Below the pieces are notes generated by a model. It was not told the origin of the DNA, made no database searches, and saw only the letters and a list, made by a program, of their open reading frames with translations. DNA of 64,000 nt from Antedon mediterranea (Eukaryota; Animalia; Echinodermata): NCBI RefSeq assembly GCF_964355755.1, contig NC_092671.1, forward strand, positions 18,290,001 to 18,354,000, written 5' to 3'. The first letter of the stretch is position 1. Each line of letters starts with the position of its first letter. Position numbers and translations under genes: made by a program. Below are positions 1-12,400 of the stretch, piece by piece.

Positions 1-882
1 GTTGCAGAAATGACGAAATTTTTCATCTTAAAACAGGGTGTTGTTCGTCTTAGATTTAAGATTAAGATATAATTAAGCAAATTATTTTACTTAGTATTAT
101 TAATAAATCCGACTTAAGCAAAATTAAAGATTTAAGGCAAAGTTAAGATGATTTTTTTGCTAAGCAAGTTTGATAAATCCGGCCCCGGTGCTTTATAGTA
201 TTGTTCAAATTCCAATGTTATTGATTCAGGAAATATAACAGATTTTGACTCTCGTAACAAGAGATTTCACCTATACAAAAAGTTAAATGGATGATATTTC
301 CAAAATGAAAATAAATTGAATTGAATTGAATACAAAAACTTTGAGTCAAACTTGTTAAATGAGTATTTAGACATACCACAACTTCAGTGGAAGTGTATTA
401 GTAAGGCTCTAGATATTTTCATAACAAGATAGTTACGATACAATACGAAATTAATACTACCAAAATAAAAAACAAAAATAAATTATTATTCCAAATGGAA
501 AGAGTAATATAATGACAACAACTTTGATGGAAAACGGAAAATACCCTGTATCTAAAATGAAAAATGAGAAACTAGCACACGAGTAGTAGGTCTAGTAGAC
601 CTAACTGGATATATAAGTGGGCGTCTGTCAAAGTAACTAGTCTCAAACCACTAAGTTAAATTTTGGACTTTCAGGCTTACATACTGATAGTTTCTATTGT
701 GTTATTTGTTTAAAGGGTTGTTTAATCTTATATATTATATACATCTAATATATATAAATCCAAAGGCAAATTACTGAAAAATGACAATGCTGTGGGTATC
801 AGTGGCTGGATCTCAATGGAGATACAAAAATAAAAAGCGAAAAGCTAAATCAAAACGATAAAGTAAACAGCCAGAAAAGTTA

Positions 883-920
883 GCAGAGCTTTCGGGCAAC
901 ACTAGTCCTTCATCAGTGCA
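883..920 (-). ncRNA. Minimal hammerhead ribozyme, family A copy 1
   Basis: Minus strand reads UGCA-CUGAUGA-AGGACUAGUGUUGCCC-GAAA-GCUC-UGC: intact core, one stem II mismatch. Confidence 0.7.
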
Positions 921-1116
921 AGTGAAGGAATTTGGATAACGTCATAGTATAAAGCTGGCAAGTGCTGCCTGGGTGGACAGGAATAAAAGAAATATAACAA
1001 AGGGAGCCAGGGTGGAGTCTGAATAAGAGTAGAAAACAAAGAATAAAGAGCTGCATAGGCAGGATATAGAAAAAAATCAAGATCAAATAAGTTAAAACTG
1101 CCTCAAAATAGATTTA

Positions 1117-1159
1117 TTTTAACGACATGTTTCGGGCATAGCCCATCATCAGGTGAAAA
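1117..1159 (-). ncRNA. Minimal hammerhead ribozyme, family B
   Basis: Minus strand reads UUUUCAC-CUGAUGA-U-GGGC-UAU-GCCC-GAAAC-AU-GUC-GUUAAAA, with a GUC cleavage triplet and palindromic ACAUGU in stem III. Confidence 0.8.
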
Positions 1160-1377
1160 GAATTGTAACAAAGTATAACATATATAAGTCACAAAATTAC
1201 ATAATAAAACAAATCAGCCAATCAAAGATGTTAACAAACAAAAGGCATAGTTATAAAGGAACGCCTCCAAAAGCTATGGGGTACAAAGCAGGAATGGTTG
1301 CTTATAAAGCAGGAAATTTAAAACAAAGACAAAAGCTTCAAGTGTAAATAATTGTTATGTGAATGTCTCTGGCAAAA

Positions 1378-1710
1378 TTAATGTTTAAAGGATCTAAATT
1401 GTACATTTATGCCGGTAGGGGCAAGAGTGCAAAGCTTTACAATTATTCTTTCTTCTATAATTCTACGAGATGTCTCAGAACCATTACATACTTTAACACC
1501 AGAAATTGTAATATCCGAAATGGAATGCTCATTATTACAAAAATGGGTGGCTACAGGTAATCCGGGAGTCTTTAGTTTAATAGACCTTAAATGTTCTACA
1601 AACCTATCACCTAACCTGCGTTTAGTTTCACCAATATAAAGCACATTACATTTAGTACACGAAATACAAAACTAGATTTCTAGTGGTGCACGTAATACGA
1701 TCTGTGATAA
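1378..1710 (-). pseudogene. GIY-YIG endonuclease C-terminal fragment of a Penelope-like retroelement
   Basis: CISCTKCNVLYIGETKRRLGDRFVEHLRSIK...PVATHF...EERIIVKLCTLAPTGIN matches the PLE GIY-YIG pattern. No RT is present, so it is 5'-truncated. Confidence 0.85.
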
Positions 1711-1734
1711 CATAATTACCAGAAACGAGGCTTA

Positions 1735-1928
1735 TATATATATATAAATCATACTGTAAATTATAGAAACAGTGCTCATATTCGGAACATGATCTCATAA
1801 TCGCGTCGAGCATAGCTCATTGGCGAAAGTTCCGTATTTTTTAGTTGTATGAAAAATGTCTCTGGCGGGATTCGAACCTGCAACCTCTCGCTAACAGGGC
1901 GAGTATCATACCACTAGACCACAGAGCC
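1735..1928 (-). mobile_element. tRNA-derived SINE (tRNA-like head 1858-1928, (TA)n tail)
   Basis: GGCTCTGTGGTCTAGTGG (A box)...CTCGC/GCGAG stem...GGTTCGAATCC (B box)...CAGAGAC. The anticodon loop CCTGTTA is non-canonical, and the head is followed by a body and a TA tail. Confidence 0.7.
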
Positions 1929-2064
1929 ATGAATAGTGCCATACAAAGGCAATTACTGAAAAAAATGACAATGCTGTGGGTATCAGTGGCTGGATCTCAA
2001 TGGAGATACAAAAAAAAAGCAAAAAGCTAAATCAAAACGATAGAGTAAACAGCCAGAAAAGTTA

Positions 2065-2102
2065 GCAGAGCTTTCGGGCAACACTAGCCCTTCATCAGTG
2101 CA
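2065..2102 (-). ncRNA. Minimal hammerhead ribozyme, family A copy 2
   Basis: UGCA-CUGAUGA-A-GGGC-UAGUGUU-GCCC-GAAA-GCUC-UGC: perfect stem II and palindromic AGCU in stem III. Confidence 0.8.
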
Positions 2103-2106
2103 AGTG

Positions 2107-2138
<32 letters not shown>

Positions 2139-2336
2139 GGAGATACAAAAAAAGCGAAAAGCTAAATCAAAACGATAAAGTAAAACAGCCACCTAACATA
2201 ACCATATGGTTTTTAAGCACAATTTCTATACATTTACCCACATACTTTTTTTCCTGTTCTTTATATTGTCCTTTTCCGACGAGTCTAGGAGGAAATTGTA
2301 GGCCGAAATTTACAATTACAATTTTTGTTTTTATAG

Positions 2337-3446
2337 AGGGCGTATTATTGAAAAATTTGCCTGGAGCTTCACAAAGTTCAACATTATATCATGCTACTGC
2401 TGATAGGGCCATTGATGGAAAAACAAGTGGAGTGTTCAATGACTACACATGTACCCATACCGGACGTAAGTTAAAACATAATTATTAGTATTGTTGTTGT
2501 TAACGTCGTCGTCGTTATTATTATTATTATTATTATTGTTATTATTCTTATTATTTTCCTCAACGTTACGCTATCAATTACCGTACTTTTATAAAAACTT
2601 TTAATTTTATTTGTCAAAAGCATCGAATTGTAAATACTGGAGAGGGCCGGTAGGTCCGTGGTGGAAAATCAACTTAGGAACACAGAAACATATTTCAAAG
2701 ATCGTGATATATAACAGAAACGACAACGAATGTTTCCGTTGTGGTAAGAAAATGTATGTTGTCTATGAAATAGAAGTAGCATGTTTACAAACAAACATTT
2801 TCTATTGATCCATAATTAGGACCTCCTTGATTAGAATGAGCAGTAGCGATAAAGCTATTGCACATTCTGCTAGAATATCTTATTTGGGCATACACATGTT
2901 AATATTTTGAATATAGGGTTGTCAAAAACAAAAACAATAACCTCTTTTTTTCTGACAAACAAAATAATTCCTGCAGATCAAATATCTGTCAAAAATACAG
3001 CAATAATGTAATGCCATCGAAATGTGAAATTACTTCACTCTTCATTGACTCTCCAAACTGACAAAGAAAATAATCCATGCAAAAAGAAGGACCTAACTAT
3101 AATAAAAAAAAACCTATCCTGTAGACCATAATTGTAAACGATAACTCGACAGACAATAGATTTTATTTTATTTTACAATTGAGATAAGGTACTAATATAC
3201 ATTCACCTTCTTTAACTCCCTTTTAATAATCAGCTATGAGGTTAGTTGGTGTTGAAGTTCGTGTTGGTGATGACAACGTACCACCTTTTAAGGGAAATCA
3301 GCAATGTGGAGATACCATTGGAAATGATGCGGTTGCTTCAAATCCCATCGAACTTATTTGTCAGAATCCAGCAGTTGTAGGACAGTACGTCACTGTTCGT
3401 CATACTGGACAGCATTGTCTTACACTTTGTGAAGTCCAGATTTATG
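2337..3446 (+). CDS. F-type lectin domain 1 (3 exons)
   Basis: ASQSSTLYHATADRAIDG...CTHT / PWWKINLG...YNRNDNECFRC / MRLVGVEVRVG...CLTLCEVQIY. Confidence 0.9.
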
Positions 3447-6400
3447 GTATGTCTATCATAAACTCAAGTAAAACATTTGTAACTGGATGAGATTTTATCT
3501 AAGTCATCATCGGTTGTCTATTCTGGAAAACCATGTTGAATTCAAGCCTTGGTTTGTTTGGCTTATTTATTGGATCCGCATAATTAGACAACAAGAAACC
3601 CAAAAAGGAAGGGAGAATGAAATTAATAGGTATTCATATTTCACTCTTCCCTGAATATACTATTTAAATGACATAGATAGCACATATTAACGAAAACAAA
3701 CTTAATTTGTGCGTAAAGTTTCAATATATTGCATTAGTTTTATTATTATGTAAAACTTTTAAAAACAAACCCTGAGTAGGAGTCCCCTGTAACAAAAATA
3801 AATGTAGTGATATTGAGAAAAGATGACGATGTAGATTATGAACTAACTGTAAAGTCGGTTGAATTTAGAGTAGACATAAACATTATTTGCTAAGGGTTCA
3901 GCACTTAAAAAAATTGCATCCATTGTACAAAGACAGAAACAGTTTAAATGAAGATCATCAAAAATCAATAACCATCTAAATAATATAATAATGTTAGTAT
4001 TTTTTTTGTGGAGATTTTCTCTTTACCGTATAAATTCGAATTGAGGGAGGCGTTTATGTATTGGTTGTTGTAATAATTATGTATCTAAATATAAATTATG
4101 CTTAATTTGACACAGGCGAGCAAAATGGAAAATGTTTGTGACAAATCTCCGCCTTGGATATCTACCTCATCTATCTCAGATATCTACCTCATCGATCTCA
4201 GATGTACCGTGAAACGTAGATTTGATAACATTAGTTCTCACTATTACGATTTTGTTCCATATTTCTCTCTTAGGGATATCATGGAGAGTTTTAATACGAA
4301 ATTTTGGCGCTTCGTCGGTAAAGTTAGTTCCAGGTTCACGTTGAGTCATCTTCTTCCAACTTCCTGGTATCAACTAAGTCGGCTATTGGTGGCGATAGCC
4401 ATTTTAGTTTTTGTTTATGTTCGGACCGCGCGTGAGAAGGTAGTTAGCAAACTAAAATTAAATTAATAAAGATCAAATTAAATAAATTCATAAAGCATCC
4501 GAGTATATATTGGGGAATAGTATATAAAATTACTTGTGAAAAACTGATGATAAAGACGCCACCGTTTGAAATCGAGTGAAACAACAAAACCGAGTTGTTG
4601 AGTAAGCAATTATACTATTTGTAGTAGAATTCATCGGACTTTTATCTATAAATTGCCAAGTATTTGTTATTCTTTTTTACAAAACTGTTCATATCTACTC
4701 TTAGAGGATTTTATTTATTATTTTACCATATTATTCTATCTTTCGAATAAGCACCTCCCTCAAATGAACTCCGCCTCCCCACCTCCATCCTTTAATAGCC
4801 CTACCAAGCAATACACACTATACATTAAAATTAATGTTATTAATCAACTAAGACAGGTTTAGTTTACGAATATCAAGTATTTCAACTAAACCAGAAAACG
4901 TCCAAGCCAGAACGTCCTTCTAAAACTTTTTTTCCTGCGTCATTATGATTCCGAGAACCATATAAACTAGGTTATATAGGGTGTGGGAAGAGGTTATTAA
5001 ATACCTTAACAGGGGTCGTTCAATCAACCATTTTGTACACTCAAAAGTGTCCCCTTTTCTTAGTAGTTCCCATAGGTCGTAGATATTATCCTTAGATTCG
5101 ATTTGACCAATAAACCAAAAAAATTCACTGTCTATGTAAGTAAAATGACTATTGTTGATAGTGCTAATACTAGAACTGTATTTATTTTTAAAATTGCATA
5201 TAGGCGGCCTACGTGGTTTATTTTAGATTTATATAAAATATGAATTGGATAATGCATAGTAAGAATAACTAGGCAGTTTAAATATTATATTCATAAAAAG
5301 GCTATGTTAAGGTTGTCACTAAATCTCAACAATTAGCTATCATATACTAATTGTAATTGAAAAATTCAATACATCTTTTTTATCATAATAATAACGTTCT
5401 GAAAATTGGCAATTGTTCGATATTAAATTTCACTTTATTAGCATTAAATTTTATTCCATTCTTATAACCTATTCATTCATTCATTTATTTGATCCAAATT
5501 ACATAAAACAAGTAAAAAGGTACGTTCGTGAATAAAACAGTATTAAAAAACAACATATAAAGCAATTTTAACAATATTTTAAAACATCTAAAACCGTACA
5601 AAAAATGTTTAAAATATTTTTTAGATATTTAAAAGCCATAACAAAATTCATAAAAGAGATAACAAAGGGTGATAAAAAGTGATTTCGATCAGGATCGTCC
5701 AAGAAAACCAATAACTCAGGTGTATTTCCATTGGAGTCCTTGAGGTAAAAATAATGGTTTAAAAAGAAGTTAAAAAAGTTTAGATGCTATGCCGTCTCAA
5801 TGTGAGATTGTTTTTAACTAATTGTCTAAATACACGCTCAGTACTTTTTATCGTACTTGGTAATTTGTTCCATTCTTTAATTGCTGAAGCATAAAATGTG
5901 CCATCTATAACAAGAGATTTGTGGAACAAAATTAAAATAACTTTGTCGGGTACCATGGGCATGTTGGTTCCCAGCCTTTATGAAATTATTACCAAGATAT
6001 GATGCTACATTTCTATACTGCATTTTGTGTACAGTGTTTAATTTTATTTGATTGACCCTATCTTTAACACACAATAGTCCTAAGCTATCTAGTTCTTTTT
6101 GTCCTACATGAAATCGAGGACCTTTATTTAGGATAAATTTGTTTTGCATAATCTGCAGTTTATTTTTAGTGTTTTTTGGTGCTGCAGTGTACCACGAAGA
6201 ACACGCATAGTCAAAGTGGTTTTGTTCTCTTTGAGCCATTTATTACAGGCTGACAATTCTGTACTTATGCTTGAGGCAATTAGACATGGGTTCTTTCCAT
6301 ATACTAAAAAAAAAGTTGTCGTCAGCGTATAAAATCAACTTACAATTTACACTTATTTACATATCGTTAACATAGCATAGAAATAATAGAGGCCTTAATA

Positions 6401-9400
6401 TACTTCCATGAGGCACACCATGATAAATTGCAAGTGGCTTAGATTCTACCGTATTTGTATATACTAATTGTTGCCTATTCTCAAGATATGATTTGAACCA
6501 AGCTATTGCCTTTAGTTTTTCGTTTTTCAATCAATATACCATGATCAACTGTGTCAAATGCTTTTTGCAAATCTAAAGATACAACGCCAGTGTAATTGCC
6601 AATTGACATTTGATTTTTAATATTATAATCATTAATATGGATTAAACAAGAGTCGGTAGAAAAATGTTTTCTATATTCAATTCAATTTACATTTATTTAC
6701 TCATCGTTTATAAATACAGTAAATTCATAGCATAAATGATGGCAAGGATCCTGCATAGAGAAGTTTACACTTCTGTTTTCGCAGGACCCTTTTACATAAA
6801 AAACATAAAACAATAAACACAACATAATAGATACAAAATTTAAAAAAACATTTCCTATATACATTTTAGAGTTGTTCATCATCAAAAAGCATTATTGTTT
6901 TTATAATATCATTATTTATACATTTTTTCTTAAAAAAGAAGATATTCAGTTTATTACTTCCAGTACATGTGGATTCTTTCTTTTGTTATAGCAAAAGTAT
7001 GAATACATATAATATAAGAATGTCTCTTTTTACATATTTTTTAAGTATTTTATAATTTTTGTTAACAATATCTAAGTGATTTCTACAGAGCTCGTTCCAT
7101 AGTTTCGGTCCGTGTAAACTGATAAAATGTTGACCAGACGTTAACCTAGAGTATGGTTGTTTTACGCTACAAATATTTCGAAAATTATGGGTAGTATTTT
7201 CGTTTCTTTTGAATATCATTTGGATTCGCCTGGGTAAGACATTACTTTTAATCTGGGCCATAAAACCTAGGACGGTAACTCTGTTGATATCTTGTATGTT
7301 AAGTATATTTAATTGCTTAAACAGTGGCTCAGAATGTTGCCATGGCTTTTTAAATAAAATAATGCTAGCAGCCTTTTTCTGGAGTTTAAGAAGGGATTCT
7401 AGTGTACTATCATATGTACTGCCCCAAATAATGTTTCCATACTGAAGGTGCGGTAGAATTAATGTATTATACAAATTTGTTAAAATATAATTAGGAAAAA
7501 AATGTCTAGTTTTTATCAATATTCCAATAGACCTAGCGGTTTTTTTGCTAATAAGCCTTATATGATTTTTCCAGCAAAGGTTCTCATTTATTACAACCCC
7601 CAGAAATGTTACATTTTTTTGTTGTTCTAAAGTAATGTTATTCATTTTCAATTCAATGTTGGTTGTAATAATACGCCTTTGGGCAGTTTTAAAGATTACG
7701 TAATTTGTTTTGCTGGTGTTTAATAAAAGTTTATTAGCTTTGAACCACATATTAATTCTATCTAGTTCCACATTCATAGTGTTTGCCAATGCGTTCAGGT
7801 TATTTCCACACTTGAATCCTGTTGTATCATCGGCAAAGCTAATTAATTCAATTTTTGTACTTGAGTTACATATATCGTTTACATATACAAGAAACAACAA
7901 AGGTCCCAAAACGGACCCTTGTGGGAACACCAATACTAGTCTCCTTAATATTAGACGAAGTACCATTTATAAAAACATATTGCTTTCGTGATTTTAAATA
8001 GTTACTGAACCATTTTAGTGTAACACCTCTTATACCATAGTGGAATAGCTTGTTCAGTAATATACTGTGGTCAATAATATCAAATGCCTTTGACAAATCC
8101 ATAAATGTGGCAATTACGAACTATTTGTTTTCAAATGCCTTTAGTATTTTGTGGATCAGATCAATTATAGCGTGGGAGGTTGAATGATTGTTTCGGAAGC
8201 CGTATTGCCAATCATTTAGTATATTGTAAGTTTTAAAGTAATTATACAATCTTGAATGGACTATCTTTTCAAAGATTTTAGAGAAAATTGGTAGTAGTGA
8301 TATCGGGCGATAATTCGAGGCTAAATGACGGTCCCCTTTTTTGTATATGGGAATTACTTTTGCAATTTTTATCTGTTCCGGTATTAAGCCGGAGTGAAGA
8401 GATACGTTAAATATGTAAGTCAAGGGCTTTACAATAGCATCACCAACTACCTTGACTACCTTTGGTGAAATATCATCAAAACCAGGTGTTTTGTTTGCAT
8501 CAAGTGATTGAATCACTTTTAACACTTCCTCCTCATTTACATGGTAGAAAAACATAGAGTTACTTTGCCTGTTTAGCAGGTAATCAGAGTATTGTGCCGT
8601 TGATGGCTCAATACTGTCTCGTACCTTGAGACCAACTTTAATAAAATAATCGTTAATGTGGTTTGCAATAGGCTCACAACCCTCTATTAGTTTGTCACCA
8701 GATGTAAAAGTGGATGGAACATTATTTTTGCCTCCACCTGGATTTATAATATCATTTATAATATTCCATGTTTTTTTTTTATTTCCTTTAGTATTGTTAA
8801 AAACATTTTCATAATATGATTTCTTTTCATTTTTGCATGTACGCATAAATGACTTATTAAACTCTTTATAAATATCCTTATTTTTAGACGAGGGATGTTT
8901 TATAAATTTGTTGTACAACACATGTTTTCTTTTGCTAGACTTTAAGAGTCTTGAGCTCATCCATGGTTGTTTGAACTTTTTATACTTTTTGTAATTTTCT
9001 TGAACTTTTTCTTTTTTTTTTAAAGTTTTTATTATATAATTTTTTGAAAGTGTTGATAAAAGCATTGTAAGCATCATCAGGGTTTGTCCTTACATATACA
9101 TCAGCCCAATCAACAGGTAATAAGTCATTATATAGTTTATTTATATTTCTTTCGTTTATTGCATATTTATGAGGTTCTATATTACCGGTTTTTACTTTAA
9201 TATGTTTGTCGGGCACGGAGTGGATAATTTGGTATACCGGTAAATGATCAGATATGTCTGAGATTAGTATACCAGATAACATTTGTTCAGAAAGTGTATT
9301 TGAGAAAATGTTATCAATTAATGAAGATGTGTTGTTTTGTATTCTAGTGGGTCTTGAAATCGATGGGTAAAAAGAATGCGACATCATTACTTCTAGAAAA

Positions 9401-12400
9401 TTATTTACAAAATCAGTCGATGCATGCTTAAGTAAATTAATGTTAAAATCACCCATAATGTGGCATGATTTTCCCTCGATATCAATAGTATTACGAATAT
9501 CGTCTAGTGATCTATTAAAAAGTTCTATATTCGAATCGGGAGGTCTATATATTATACCAACAATCGTATTGTTACATTTTTTTCAATTATTTCAATAAAA
9601 ATACATTCACAAGATTTAATACATAAATCATTTATAATATTCCATGTCACCCGGCCTGAAATGAAATTCGAACATTATGTTGTTATCATTAAGGTACTTT
9701 TCGATTTGAACATAAACTGCTCTTTCAAGAACTTTTGACAAAACACTGGCTGATTGGTCTATAGATGGTGACGTCACACTTATCCTTCTTTTGAAAAGTG
9801 GGTGGACTCGGGCAATTTTAGAGTACCTAAATAAAATCTATAAAAAAAAAACCTGTAAAACTTTAAAAAAAACAGTAAAGTAAATTAATGTAATATTCTT
9901 TTACAGAGTTAGTACAATTAAATCCTAAACTTTTTGGTGAAGTTTCTCAAAGTACAGTTTTAAGAGCTGCAGATCCTGAGAGGGCCATCGATGGCAACAC
10001 AAATGGGATATTAGAAGAATACTCGTGTGCCGATAGTTGTAAGTATCAGCACTATCATTATTATCATTATCATTACTATTCTAGTACAGTATATTATATT
10101 GTTACATTTTGTACATACCTTTTAAGGGCCGGGTGGCAATAGGCCGGGTGGCAATATAGGCCGGGTGGCAATATAGGCCGGGTGGCAATATAGGCCGGGT
10201 GGCATTATAGGCCAGGTGGCAATATAGGCCGGGTGGCAACATAGGCCGGGTGGCAATATAGGCCGGGTGGCAATATAGGCCGGGTGGTAATATAGGCCGG
10301 GTGGCAACATAGGCCGGGTGGCAACATAGGCCGGGTGGCAACATAGGCCGGGTGGCAACATAGGCCGGGTGGCAACATAGGCCGGGTGGCAACATAGGCC
10401 GGGTGGCAACATAGGCCGGGTGGCAACATAGGCCGGGTGGCAACATAGGCCGGGTGGCAACATAGGCCGGGTGGCAACAAAGGCCGGGTGGCAACATAGG
10501 CCGGGTGGCAACATAGGCCGGGTGGCAACATAGGCCGGGTGGCAACATAGGCCGGGTGGCAACATAGGCCGGGTGGCAACATAGGCCGGGTGGCAACATA
10601 GGCCGGGTGGCAACATAGGCCGGGTGGCAACATAGGCCGGGTGGCAACATAGGCCGGGTGGCAACATAGGCCGGGTGGCAATATAGGCCGGGTGGCAAAA
10701 GCATAGGTGGCAAAAGCATAGGTGGCAAAAGCATAGGTGGCAAAAGCATAGGTGGCTGGAGGTCGGATGGCAAAATGGACGGGGTTTATATATGTTTTCC
10801 CTACATAAGTATGTAAGAAAGCATTTAATTTCACTTTTTTAAAGATTGTTATGAACTCGATTATCATGAACCCGATGAAGTGATCCCTGATAAGCCTCCT
10901 GATGGCGTATATCAGTGGTGGTATGTTGACTTACGAACACAGAAAAATATTTCAAAAGTCGTGTTGTATAACAGAGAAGATTGCTGTGGTAAGAATGACT
11001 AATACATAATTATGTAATTGTATTTTATGATGATGTCATATAGGATTGTTCTAAAGAGTTTTTTTTACAAAAACACCCTTCATGCCAAACGCTGTAAGTC
11101 TATTACTCTACCTCCCATACAATACATGTATTTCGTGCTAGGGAAGACATAGTATTTGTGATTTCATACATGTTACAGTGCTGTAGCCACGAGAAATAAA
11201 GTGGTGTGTGTACCCGGTTTCATTATTTTTTATACCATTTTCTGTGATCGAAATCAATATAGATAGCTAGTAGTCTATAAAGATATAACACACGTCATTA
11301 TAAATTACAATAAAGTGCTGCTAGCTGATCTAACTGTTTATATATCGCCCATTTACAATACTTGTGTTTACTTGCTCAAACCAAAGGGCACGCTTGCTTT
11401 TTCGCTTGCGTACCCCTTAAGCTTTAGCGTAAATACATGGAAACTGTCAAAGTAAACTCAAGACATCCAGAGCCAATGAATACAGACTTAATAGAATATA
11501 ATAATATTATGTAGTCAAATATATATAAATCAAAAGGCAATTTACTGAAAAAAATGACAATGCTGTGGGTATCAGTGGCTGGATCTCAATGGAGATACAA
11601 AATAAAAGCGAAAGGCTAAATCAAAACGAGAAGTAAAACAGCCAGAAAAGTTAGCAGAGCGTTCGGGCAACACTAGCCCTTCATCAATGCAAGTGAAGGA
11701 ATTTGGATAACGTCATAGTATAAAGCTGGCAAGTGCTGTCTGGGTGGACAGGATTAAAGGAAATAAAACAAAGGCAGGGTGGAGTCTGAAATATAGCACT
11801 GACATCTATCTCTACCCATAGGGAGAACATCTTTTTCGCCCTAAGGACAGTATTATTTAACCTTAAGGAGCGACTTCTTTTGTTCTTGAACCTAACGTTT
11901 TGTCTATGTTTCTCCCTAATTCACTTATACTAAAATAGGCTTATATAATTTTGCCTATCAAAATTAAAATATATTCTAATAACTGCTTAATAGGACATGC
12001 AGCACACACACAGAGAAAAAACCTCTTAGCCCATCTAGAATTTAGTAAACAGGGTTACATCAGGTGGTTAAAATCAGTACCAAGATTCTAACCAACTGTA
12101 TATACCATTAAATAAACATTCTAGAAATAACGCGCGATTTACCGAATTTTGCCCTTACGTAAATGTATATATAGATTTACCACCGACAACGTAATTACAA
12201 CTGTATTTAATATTACATAGCCTGTGTAAATACGTGAACGTGATTGGTTGAAACTGCATCACATGGTTACTGCTTCTATGATCGTAAATCGTATATGTCC
12301 TCGAGTACGATGATATTATCGTTTGTGGAGAATTATATTCCTCAGCTGGCGCTTCGAGAAATATATATTCCCTCGAGCAAAATATCTTTCCCTCGGGGAT

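Larger units (their letters stand above)
760..2192 (-). mobile_element. Penelope-like element remnant: direct pLTR-like repeats (about 760-1025 and 1944-2192) flanking a GIY-YIG fragment, with a SINE inserted
   Basis: Near-identical repeat (caaaggcaaattactgaaaa...ttcatcagtgcaag) on both sides of a GIY-YIG ORF. It carries hammerhead cores and abuts (TA)n tracts. A third copy lies at 11530-11790. Confidence 0.75.

Noticed and set aside
1858-1928. Functional tRNA gene (apparent TGT anticodon)
   Set aside because: C at position 33, T at 37, acceptor and T-stem mismatches, and continuation into a TA-tailed body indicate a SINE head.
10102-10867. Three ORFs of 181-223 aa with LPPGLCCHPAYVATRP repeats
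   Set aside because: Translations of the 17-bp minisatellite, open in all three frames.
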